This document shows, in pieces, positions 56,088 through 64,000 of a stretch of 64,000 nt of DNA. This DNA comes from Gemmatimonadota bacterium (GTDB lineage Bacteria > Gemmatimonadota > Gemmatimonadetes > Gemmatimonadales > GWC2-71-9): the NCBI GenBank assembly GCA_039586365.1, contig JBDHKN010000028.1, positions 1 to 64,000 on the forward strand. Direction: 5' to 3'. Each line of letters begins with the position of its first letter. Position 1 is the stretch's first letter. Both the position numbers and the translations under genes were made by a program. The notes beneath the pieces were generated by a model. It searched no databases. It was given only the letters and a program-made list of their open reading frames with translations, and was not told the DNA's origin.

Positions 56088-58754
56088 ATGACTAACCGAT
56101 TGACCTGGCCTCTGCGCCTCTACCGTCTAGCCCTACGCGCTTATCCGCTCGCGTTTCGCGCTGAATGCGCCGAGGAGATGATCGAGACGCTCCGGAGCCG
56201 CGAGGCCGTTATCAGGGAAGCACGACAACGGTCGCGGCTGATCCGGTTCTGGTACAAGGAACTCTCCAGCGTGATCCGCAGCGGTCTGCGCTTGCGCATG
56301 CAGCGGGACGAACGGTCAGTGACGAAGTCGAGGGAAAGGAAGCAATCGACCGCCGCAAGAGTGCTCTGCGTCGCACGTCAGGACGTCCAGTTCGCTGTTC
56401 GGACGCTGCACAGGCACTGGGTACTCACGTCGGTTGTGGTCTTGACGCTCGCACTCGGCATCGGCGCAAGCGTGGCCACGTTCAACACGTTGTACGCCGC
56501 GCTCCTGAGACCGTTGCCGTTCCCCACCCCCGACCGCCTGGTAATGGGCAGGGCGGTGTTCAATCAGCAGCTCAATCCGTGGGCGGCCGGTGCCGACTAC
56601 TACGACTATCACGACCGCGCTGAGGCCTTCGACAACCTGGCCGCCTTCCTCCCCTTTCCTCAGGAATACACGGTGACAGGAGGCGAGCGCGCTGAGCGCG
56701 CCGCGGGCTTCACCGTCTCAACGAACTTCTTCGCCACGCTCGGCGTGCGTCCCCAAGCCGGACGAGACTTCGCAACCGAAGAGGGTTTGCAGGGAGCATC
56801 GGATGTGGCGCTCATAAGTCACTCATACTGGCAGAGTCACTTCGGCGGGGCACACGGTGCGGTTGGCCGGACGATTGTCGTGAATGGTAGACCGTACGCT
56901 GTGGTAGGAATAATGCCGCCAGACTTCCGCTTCATGTCCGAGGTGGAATTCTGGCTTCCCATGCGTGCGGACCGGGACGCGGCAGCGGCGAGGGATCGTC
57001 ACAACTGGCTGTTGGTGGCACGTCTCAAACCCAATGTCACCCTCGAGCAGGCACAGACCCAAGTCGACGTGATCTCGGCGCAACTCGAGCAAGCCTACCC
57101 AGAGACCAACACGGGGAAGTCGCTGCTGCTTACGGAACTGCACGACGTGCTGATGGAAGACTACCGCGCGACACTGTTCATAGTCACAGCTGCCGTGGGT
57201 CTGGTACTGCTGATAGCCTGCGGCAACGTGACCGGAATACTCCTGGCCCGCGCACCGGCACGCCGCACCGAGCTGTCGGTGCGGGCTGCAGTCGGTGCGG
57301 CGAGATCGCGTCTGATATCTCAGCTCCTCGCGGAAACGTTGGTTCTGGCTCTGGTCGCTGGACTCGCAGGCACGGTGATCGCGCTGTTCCTGCAGCAGTC
57401 GATAGTCGACTTCACACGCGTCGATTTGCCCGGTAACTACGATCGGGGCTTCTCAGCGCCTTTGCTCTGCTTCGCGGTTGTCTTCTCGCTCGCCGCAGGC
57501 TTGCTGGCCGGCGTCTACCCGGCCCTCGGGAGCGTACGTGGCAATCTCGCCCAAGATCTGAGGGCCGGTGCGAGAACCATCGAAGGCGGAGGCCTGCGGT
57601 TTCGGAGCGGGCTTGTGGTAGCTCAGGTAGCGGCGTCGGTAATCCTGCTCATCGGTTCCGGGTTGTTGATCCGCAGCTTCGCCAGCGTGCTGGCGGTCAA
57701 TCCGGGGTTCGACCCGCACAACGTGATAGCTGCCGACGTCGAGTTGCCCAGCGCTGCCTATGCCGGGCGTGACGCGCGCGTCGAGTTTTACGGTGAACTC
57801 GTCGAGCGAATACGTGCCATTCCCGGGGTTCAATCTGCCAGCCTCGTCAACCTCCTGCCGATTCGCGAGCCGCGCAACGTGTTCCGCGTAACCACTGCTG
57901 AGCATCCGGATCAGGCCAACTCGGTGTACCTCCGGGCGGTCCCGTCCGGCTACTTCGAGACGATGCGCATCCCGCTACTGGGCGGTCGAGCGATCGAGGC
58001 CGGCGATGCAGCGAACGCTAGCCAAGTTTGCCTCATCAGCGAGGCTGCAGCCACGGTTTTGTTACGGGGTAACCCGCTCGGCCGTGAATTGACACTGGAC
58101 TGGTTTGGCACACCCCTTACCGTGGAGGTCGTGGGTGTTGTGGGTGATGTGCGCATGAGCGGACTCGATGCCGCACCGGGCCTCACGTTGTACGTACCGT
58201 ATCCGCAGATCGCTTACCCCGCCATGCGCATCGTCGCCCGTACCGACGTGGTGCCGACATCCATCGCTGACGAACTGCGCGACGCCGTCTGGGCGCTGGA
58301 CGAGAACATACCAGTATCTGCCATCACGACGATGGACGACGTGATCGATAGTTCCGTGTCACGTCGTAGAGTGATCGCGATGTCGCTGACCCTTTACGCC
58401 GTGTTGCCGCTCGTAATGGCGGCAGTGGGACTCTATGCCGTACTCGCATACCACGTGACCCAACGGTTCCACGAGATAGGTATCCGCATGGCACTGGGTG
58501 CCGATGCAGCGCGGATTGGTTGGCTGGTGTTGGGACGCGGTATCGGCCTGATCGGATTGGGTCTGGCACTGGGGATAGGTGGTGCCGTCGCCGCCACCCG
58601 GCTGTTGCAGCAGATGTTGTTCGGTATCCAGCCCACCGACCCCACCACCTTCGTAGGCGTGGGCTTGTTCGTGCTGGCGGTGGCGCTGCTGGCCGGTCTG
58701 GTACCGGTGTGGCGCGCCGTGCGAGTGGACCCGCAGATCGCGCTCAAAGATTGA
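56088..58754 (+). CDS. Duplicated orphan ABC permease (ADOP-like)
   Basis: QDVQFAVRTL, LRPLPF, LLIACGNV, NPGFD, EIGIRMALGA, RAVRVDP. ATG after GGAG. Confidence 0.92.
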   Translation: MTNRLTWPLRLYRLALRAYPLAFRAECAEEMIETLRSREAVIREARQRSRLIRFWYKELSSVIRSGLRLRMQRDERSVTKSRERKQSTAARVLCVARQDVQFAVRTLHRHWVLTSVVVLTLALGIGASVATFNTLYAALLRPLPFPTPDRLVMGRAVFNQQLNPWAAGADYYDYHDRAEAFDNLAAFLPFPQEYTVTGGERAERAAGFTVSTNFFATLGVRPQAGRDFATEEGLQGASDVALISHSYWQSHFGGAHGAVGRTIVVNGRPYAVVGIMPPDFRFMSEVEFWLPMRADRDAAAARDRHNWLLVARLKPNVTLEQAQTQVDVISAQLEQAYPETNTGKSLLLTELHDVLMEDYRATLFIVTAAVGLVLLIACGNVTGILLARAPARRTELSVRAAVGAARSRLISQLLAETLVLALVAGLAGTVIALFLQQSIVDFTRVDLPGNYDRGFSAPLLCFAVVFSLAAGLLAGVYPALGSVRGNLAQDLRAGARTIEGGGLRFRSGLVVAQVAASVILLIGSGLLIRSFASVLAVNPGFDPHNVIAADVELPSAAYAGRDARVEFYGELVERIRAIPGVQSASLVNLLPIREPRNVFRVTTAEHPDQANSVYLRAVPSGYFETMRIPLLGGRAIEAGDAANASQVCLISEAAATVLLRGNPLGRELTLDWFGTPLTVEVVGVVGDVRMSGLDAAPGLTLYVPYPQIAYPAMRIVARTDVVPTSIADELRDAVWALDENIPVSAITTMDDVIDSSVSRRRVIAMSLTLYAVLPLVMAAVGLYAVLAYHVTQRFHEIGIRMALGADAARIGWLVLGRGIGLIGLGLALGIGGAVAATRLLQQMLFGIQPTDPTTFVGVGLFVLAVALLAGLVPVWRAVRVDPQIALKD

Positions 58755-58790
58755 CGATTGACGATTGACGATTGACGAATGACGAGTGAT
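58749..58790 (+). repeat. Heptamer array E: 6 units
   Basis: GATTGAC x4, GAATGAC, GAGTGAT; the first unit supplies the permease stop codon. Confidence 0.93.
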
Positions 58791-58851
58791 GAGCTGATTC
58801 CTGATCGCTGATTATTAATAACTGAATACTGACGACAACAATGACCGCTCC

Positions 58852-59033
58852 ATCCAACTGGCGTGGGGATGGGGTTCGCACTTGTGGCCGGGTTGGCCCC
58901 GGCCATGGGGAATCTGTTGTTTGACGCCGATCTGTGGGATTGGAGGATCTACTCGGTGATCGCTTTCACTCTGTTCCTGGCGGGCCTCGCGGCGTCATTG
59001 ATCCCGGCGCTGCAAACGCTGCGATACGACTGA
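58852..59033 (+). pseudogene. C-terminal remnant of a further ADOP-like permease
   Basis: Reads GVGMGFALVAGLAPAMGNLLFDADLWDWRIYSVIAFTLFLAGLAASLIPALQTLRYD*, matching the last two TM helices of the neighbouring permeases; no start. Confidence 0.7.
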
Positions 59034-59045
59034 CTAATCCCAATT

Positions 59046-59073
59046 GTCACTCGTCAATCGTCAATCGTCAATC
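59046..59073 (-). repeat. Heptamer array F: 4 units
   Basis: Minus strand GATTGAC x3, GAGTGAC, overlapping the TGA of 59072..61786. Confidence 0.9.
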
Positions 59074-61786
59074 ACTCCGCCCGCAACACCTCCTGTGGAT
59101 CAACCCTGACCGCCCGCAGTGCTGGCACCACACACGCGATCAATCCGACCGCTACGAGGCAGAGGCTCACACTGGCAAACGTGACCGCGTCCCTAGCGGA
59201 GACGCCGAACAGGAGACTACTGACAATCCTTGTGCCCGCGAAGCCACCCGTGAGTCCGAGGACGATCCCGATCGCCACCAGCGACATCCCCTTCCGGAGC
59301 ACGAGTCCGATTATGCTTGGAGGCGCTGCCCCCATTGCCACTCTTATTCCCAGCTCGCGGGTGCGCTGTCTCACGAAGTAAGCCAGCACACCGTACAGCC
59401 CCGTCGACGCTAGGACCACTGCTACAGCCGCGAACAGAGCCACGAGTATCATCCTGAAGCGCGGCTGCGACAGCGAGTTCGCAATGCGTGTCTCCATGTT
59501 CTGGAATCCCGAGATCGGTATCTCCCGGTCCACCTCCCACACCGCCTCGCGCAACGCCGGTGCTATTTCGGTCGGATTTCCGGCGGTCCGCACCATGAGT
59601 TGCAGCCTCTGAGGACCGACCTGACGCGCCGGGATGTAGAACACGTTGGGTACGTCTGCGGCCAGCCCGAACTCCCTCACGTCACCCACGACGCCAACCA
59701 CGTCCCAATTCGCATCCCACAGGACCATCTGCTTGCCCAGCGGATCTTCGTCCGGAAAGAACCGGTTCGCCATGGTCTGGCCGATTATCATGACCAGCGT
59801 GGAGTTGGGCCCGTCCAGCGCCGAGAAGTCACGGCCCGCGAGGATGGGGATCCCCATGGTCGCGAAGTAGCCCTCCGATATCATCCTGCGGTCACCCGCC
59901 GATTGATTGCGGTCGGCAGTACTTGCCGGCGGCCGGTCAGCCGGATAGACGGTATTCCAGGTGCCACCACTCCGGATCGGCTGTTGATCGATGGAGCCGA
60001 CCGACACCACGCCTGGCAGCGCTGCAACTTGCTGATGTATCAGCGACCAGGCTTGCTCGATCTCTTCATTGGACCGGTACTTCCAACTCGGCAGCTGCGC
60101 ATCTGCTTGGAGCAACCGCTGCGCCTGGAACCCGGGATCGACCCCCTGCAGCCGCAAGTAGCTCCGCACCAGCAGACCGGATGCTATCATCAGCATCAGT
60201 GACAGAGCAACTTGTGTGACCACCAGCGTACTCCTGAAGCCCGACTTCCCCTGGCTGCTACCGCGCATGCCACCGACCCTGAGAGCATCCGCGAGTGAGA
60301 GGCTGGTTCCTCTCAGTGCCGGCACGACTCCGAAAAGGATGCTCGTAGCTAGGGAGAGAATGAACGCGAATCCCAGCACCCTAGCATCCAATCCCAACTC
60401 CTGCAAGCGAGGCAACGTTCCCGGCCCAAACGACTTGAGAGCGTCCATCCCGAGCAGTGCCAGTATCACGCCGACACCACCACCCAGAAGTGCGACCAAC
60501 ACGCTTTCGGTCAGCAACAGCCGCACTACTCTGCCTCGTACTGCGCCCAGCGAGAACCGCACAGCTATTTCGGGGATTCTGGTGGCAGCCCGAGCGAGCG
60601 CCAGCGAGGCCACGTTCGCGCACGCGATCAGCAGGACCAGTGAGACCAGGCCGAGCATGATGAACAGGACGGTTCTCGCACCTGCGAAGAGCCGCTCGTG
60701 TAGCGATTGGAGCCGCACACTCCATCCTTGGTTGGTCTCCGGATACGCTTCTGCGATGCGCTGGGCGATCATCTGCATCTGCCCCTGTGCCTGCTCGATG
60801 GTCATGCCTTCCGCCAACCGGCCTATCAGATTGAAGTTGTTGTTTCCTCGGCTCTGCGTGAACGGATCTCTGGCTTGCATTGGGAACAACAGGCCCACTG
60901 CGCTCGGGAAATTGAAATCCTGTGGCATGACACCGACTATCTGATATGGCTCCCCGTTGATCGTAATTGAAGTGCCGACGGCCGTCTGATCATTTCCGAA
61001 TCGTCTCTGCCAGAAGCCGTGTGAGATGACTACGACGTTCTGCTCGCCGGTGCGTTCCTCTTCCAGCAAGAAGGATCGACCCAGTTGCGGGGCGACGCCC
61101 AACGTGGAGAAGAAGTTGTACGATACCGTCGTACTGGGAACGCGTTCCGGTTCGTCACGCCCAGTGATGATGGCCTGCGGTGTGAACACCAGCATTGCGG
61201 CTACCGACTTGAGCGCATCTGCCTGTTCGCGAAAATCCCAGTAGTCCAGTGCGGATGTGGAGTTGCTCATGACTCCCCGCTCTTCATTCATGCTCGAGAT
61301 CCAAACGAGTTCCTCGGGATCTTCGAGCGGGAGCGGTCTCAGCACAACCGAGTTCAGCAGACTGAACATCAGCGTGACCGCACCGATGCCGATGGCGAGC
61401 ACCAGCACGCTAGCCAGGGTGAATCCGGGGCTGCGTCTGAAGCTGCGGGACGCAAAACGGATGTCGTTCCATGAGTCTTTCATGATGAAACCCCTCGAAG
61501 CTCTGCCTCCAGTGGCGGGGCCGCTCGAGTGCACCGGCCCGGGTTTTTGGCGGCGGTGCGCGCCGCGGCGCGTCAGATACCGCAAGCAGAGCGGCGGCAG
61601 CTGACTCCAGTACCACAGGCCCGCGCGCAGCCGCACTGCCCGACTAGTGGGATCCCGTTCCATCAGGCTGCAATAGGCTTCGTGCAGATCGCCGAGCACG
61701 GTGTCCCGCACCATGCCTCGGGGGAGGCAGGCAGCCAGCAGCGCCTGGGCTGCGCGGGGAGGCACTGCCTTGCGTACTGGTCTCAT
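59072..61786 (-). CDS. Duplicated orphan ABC permease (ADOP-like)
   Basis: GDL.E N-terminal prefix, DIRFASRSF..SPGF, LLIACANVA, DPGF, ELGIRVAMGA, RAVRVDP; ATGA overlap with padR. Confidence 0.92.
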   Translation of the reverse strand: MRPVRKAVPPRAAQALLAACLPRGMVRDTVLGDLHEAYCSLMERDPTSRAVRLRAGLWYWSQLPPLCLRYLTRRGAHRRQKPGPVHSSGPATGGRASRGFIMKDSWNDIRFASRSFRRSPGFTLASVLVLAIGIGAVTLMFSLLNSVVLRPLPLEDPEELVWISSMNEERGVMSNSTSALDYWDFREQADALKSVAAMLVFTPQAIITGRDEPERVPSTTVSYNFFSTLGVAPQLGRSFLLEEERTGEQNVVVISHGFWQRRFGNDQTAVGTSITINGEPYQIVGVMPQDFNFPSAVGLLFPMQARDPFTQSRGNNNFNLIGRLAEGMTIEQAQGQMQMIAQRIAEAYPETNQGWSVRLQSLHERLFAGARTVLFIMLGLVSLVLLIACANVASLALARAATRIPEIAVRFSLGAVRGRVVRLLLTESVLVALLGGGVGVILALLGMDALKSFGPGTLPRLQELGLDARVLGFAFILSLATSILFGVVPALRGTSLSLADALRVGGMRGSSQGKSGFRSTLVVTQVALSLMLMIASGLLVRSYLRLQGVDPGFQAQRLLQADAQLPSWKYRSNEEIEQAWSLIHQQVAALPGVVSVGSIDQQPIRSGGTWNTVYPADRPPASTADRNQSAGDRRMISEGYFATMGIPILAGRDFSALDGPNSTLVMIIGQTMANRFFPDEDPLGKQMVLWDANWDVVGVVGDVREFGLAADVPNVFYIPARQVGPQRLQLMVRTAGNPTEIAPALREAVWEVDREIPISGFQNMETRIANSLSQPRFRMILVALFAAVAVVLASTGLYGVLAYFVRQRTRELGIRVAMGAAPPSIIGLVLRKGMSLVAIGIVLGLTGGFAGTRIVSSLLFGVSARDAVTFASVSLCLVAVGLIACVVPALRAVRVDPQEVLRAE

Positions 61787-62115
61787 TGTTGCTCCAGTAT
61801 CGAGTCCAGCCCCTCCCACAGTTGCAACCAGGCGGTACGCGATCGCCGCACTGCGGCAAGCCCGGCAGGAGTCACTGTCAGGTATCGCTTGGGCTTCCCG
61901 CCGCGCCGGGGCGTCGGGTCCCCAAGCTGTGAAGTGAGCATGCCCTTTTCTTCCAGCCGGTCGAGTGTCACGTAGAGGGCTCCACGCGACACTGTGCGGC
62001 CGACTCGTTCGCTCAGCTCTTGCAGCACGTTGGTACCGAAGGCCTCACCGTTCAGTTGCAGCACGGCGAGCAGGATCATCTGTTCCAGTTCGCCGAGATA
62101 TCCGGTTCGCTTCAT
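61783..62115 (-). CDS. PadR family transcriptional regulator
   Basis: LGELEQMILLA, GALYVTLDRLEEKG, RGGKPKRY..VT..G. Confidence 0.92.
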   Translation of the reverse strand: MKRTGYLGELEQMILLAVLQLNGEAFGTNVLQELSERVGRTVSRGALYVTLDRLEEKGMLTSQLGDPTPRRGGKPKRYLTVTPAGLAAVRRSRTAWLQLWEGLDSILEQQ

Positions 62116-62193
62116 GGTTCCGCGCCAGTATAGTGACAGGTGAGCCTCATCCAATCATACAAAATAGACGCAGGCAGTGAGAAAAAGGTTTCA

Positions 62194-62228
62194 GATTGAC
62201 GATTGACGATTGACGAATGGCGATTGAC
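62194..62228 (+). repeat. Heptamer array G: 5 units
   Basis: GATTGAC x3, GAATGGC, GATTGAC, about 100 nt upstream of the four-helix-bundle gene. Confidence 0.9.
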
Positions 62229-62332
62229 GGTCGGCAGGTGCCACGGGAGAGTCCGCACCGCCATTTTGATCCCGTTGTGCGCGGGTCTGGTACTCCAGAT
62301 TGGACGGCAACGTGCAGATTGTGCAGGTGTCA

Positions 62333-62698
62333 ATGAACCGGTTCGATCTCAGCAATAGGTTGGTCGAGTTCGCGGTCTCGACTTGCCGACTGGCGGTGGA
62401 GTGTAGCAGAGACAGGGTGACCGGCCATATCACTGTTCAGCTCACCCGCTGTGGTACGGCACCGGCGGCGCACTATGCAGAAGCCGTGGATGCGGAGTCG
62501 CGACGAGACTTCATCCACAAGATGAAGCTGGCACTCAAGGAATTACGTGAGTCGCTGGTCTGGCTGCAGATTGTTGAGAGACTTGGCTTGACTCAGGGCC
62601 AGCTGGTTCATTCAGTGATCGCTGAATGCAACGAACTGACAGCCATCTTCGTAGCAGGCGTAGCCACAGCCAGGGGCAATTCAAGGACTGATGATTGA
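62333..62698 (+). CDS. Four helix bundle protein (23S rRNA IVP/TIGR02436-like, Avd fold)
   Basis: L..R...FA, QL.R.GT...A.YAEA..AESRRDFIHKMK.ALKELRES..WL, E.NEL.AIF. Confidence 0.92.
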   Translation: MNRFDLSNRLVEFAVSTCRLAVECSRDRVTGHITVQLTRCGTAPAAHYAEAVDAESRRDFIHKMKLALKELRESLVWLQIVERLGLTQGQLVHSVIAECNELTAIFVAGVATARGNSRTDD

Positions 62699-62720
62699 CG
62701 ACTGACGAATGACGAATGAC
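62686..62720 (+). repeat. Heptamer array H: about 5 units
   Basis: GACTGAT GATTGAC GACTGAC GAATGAC GAATGAC, containing the stop of the four-helix-bundle gene. Confidence 0.9.
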
Positions 62721-62762
62721 GAACGATTCAGTTTGTTGGCCGCCTCTAAAATCGCCCCATGC

Positions 62763-62804
62763 CTCACTCGCAAATCGTCAATCGTCAATCGTCAATCGTC
62801 AATC
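62763..62804 (-). repeat. Heptamer array I: 4 perfect plus 2 degenerate units
   Basis: Minus strand GATTGAC x4, GATTTGC, GAGTGAG; the first unit supplies the permease stop codon. Confidence 0.92.
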
Positions 62805-64000
62805 TCTGAGCGCGCTTACCGGATCGACCTTGGTCGCCCTGCGGGCGGGCAGGTAGCTGGCTATGAGGGTGGCCACTGTGACGAGTAGGGCGACGCTGGC
62901 AAGTGTTAGCGGGTCGGCTGGGCTGACCTCGAACAGGAGACTCCGTATCACTCGGGAGCCAGCCAGAGCCAGCGCAAGCCCTATGGCAAGGCCGATCCCC
63001 GCCATTGCCAGTCCGCGCCGCAACACACTGCGCAGGACGTCGCTCGCTCCCGCGCCCAGCGCCATACGAATACCGATCTCGTTGCTGCGTTGTTGCACTG
63101 CGTATGCGAGCACGCCGTAGATGCCGATGATTGCCAGCAACGCGGCCAGCGCAGAGAGGCAGCCAAACACGATCATGGCGAAGCGGGGTGCGGAGACCGC
63201 AGCGGAGCCGCTGATCGCTTCCTCTAGGCTGAACACACTGACCGGGAGATCGGAATCCAGCGACCACACGGCCTCCCGTATAGCGGGTGCGAGCGCCTCA
63301 GGTCCCAGTGCCGACTTGACGATGATGAATTGGTACCAGTAGGGGATCTGTGCAAACGGCACGTAATACTTGGGGAAGGGGCGGGAGTTGAGTCGGTAGC
63401 GCACATTCCCGGCCACTCCCACCACGGTGCGCCAGATAGAGTCACCGGGTACCGGCACCATCACGCGCCGTCCGATGGGATCAACGCCAGGCCAAAAGCG
63501 CTCCGCCATCGCGCGGTTGATGATGATTGCCGCTGGAGCATCCTCCGTGTCTTCGGCTGTGAAGCTGCGTCCGGCCAACAACGGAATCCCCATGGTCGAC
63601 AGGTAACTCGGTGTGATGCTCGCTCTGTGAACCGTTGTCTCGACCTCACCATCGGGAGTCTCGATGAGGGTGGGCGGAGACGACCAACCCCCGACGATCG
63701 GCATCTGACTCGCGCGTGCGAAATCCTGCACCCCGGGGATCGCCGCCATCCGTTGGTCCAGGTCTCGGAACAACCCTCGCGTCGTGTCGCCGTAGTCACG
63801 ATACTGCGCCGGCAAGTTGATGCTGCTGATCAGCAGACCCTGAGGGGCAAATCCGGGGTCGACCGCGGTCAGGCGTTGCAGGCTGCGAACGAACAGACCA
63901 GTGCCCGCCAGTAGCACGAAAGCCAGCGCAACTTCCGCTACCACCAGTGCAGCGTGCGTGCGGTGCGTGCGCCGTCCGCCTGCATGTCCCCTGCCGCCGT
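62799..64000 (-). CDS. ADOP-like ABC permease, 3' part (runs off the window)
   Basis: LVVAEVALA, VDPGF, GIYGV, EIGIRMALGA, PARRATKVDP. Confidence 0.9.
   Translation of the reverse strand, partial: GGRGHAGGRRTHRTHAALVVAEVALAFVLLAGTGLFVRSLQRLTAVDPGFAPQGLLISSINLPAQYRDYGDTTRGLFRDLDQRMAAIPGVQDFARASQMPIVGGWSSPPTLIETPDGEVETTVHRASITPSYLSTMGIPLLAGRSFTAEDTEDAPAAIIINRAMAERFWPGVDPIGRRVMVPVPGDSIWRTVVGVAGNVRYRLNSRPFPKYYVPFAQIPYWYQFIIVKSALGPEALAPAIREAVWSLDSDLPVSVFSLEEAISGSAAVSAPRFAMIVFGCLSALAALLAIIGIYGVLAYAVQQRSNEIGIRMALGAGASDVLRSVLRRGLAMAGIGLAIGLALALAGSRVIRSLLFEVSPADPLTLASVALLVTVATLIASYLPARRATKVDPVSALRD

Noticed and set aside
62333..62698. Diversity-generating retroelement or 23S rRNA intervening sequence
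   Set aside because: The protein has the Avd/IVP fold, but no reverse transcriptase, TR/VR pair or rRNA sequence is visible in the window.
49227..62804. Heptamer arrays as CRISPR
   Set aside because: Units are 7 nt and contiguous, with no spacers, leader or cas genes.

Overview
GC-rich bacterial chromosome segment. Gene content (PadR plus duplicated orphan permease pairs, TIGR03545/03546-like pair) suggests Gemmatimonadota or Acidobacteriota, by inference only. 1-2.3 kb is a mosaic of truncated genes, followed by tRNA-Leu(GAG), tRNA-Thr(CGT), a decayed copy of an Ada fragment and a 21-bp tandem repeat. 3.4-49 kb is mostly housekeeping or metabolic: Ada-AlkA/Ogt, nadA-nadC, ADP-forming acyl-CoA synthetase, penicillin acylase, a 1594-aa acyl-CoA ligase/kinase-like/GNAT fusion coupled to a MacAB-like exporter, eukaryote-type citrate synthase, a reordered V/A-type ATPase operon (B-D-I-K-E-C-like-A) with nhaA and apbE, and an ECF sigma/anti-sigma pair. 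49-64 kb is an accessory region: a beta-lactamase-family/D-Ala-D-Ala dipeptidase fusion, four large ABC permeases with three PadR genes, and a four-helix-bundle (IVP/Avd-like) gene. The strongest unexplained signal is nine arrays of the heptamer GA(T/G/A)TGAC, found only in this last 14 kb. Seven start on a stop codon in the sense of the gene and two flank the four-helix-bundle gene, suggesting a repeat/protein system acting at gene boundaries. No CRISPR, transposase, integrase or reverse transcriptase is recognisable. All family assignments come from motifs read by eye; no searches were run.
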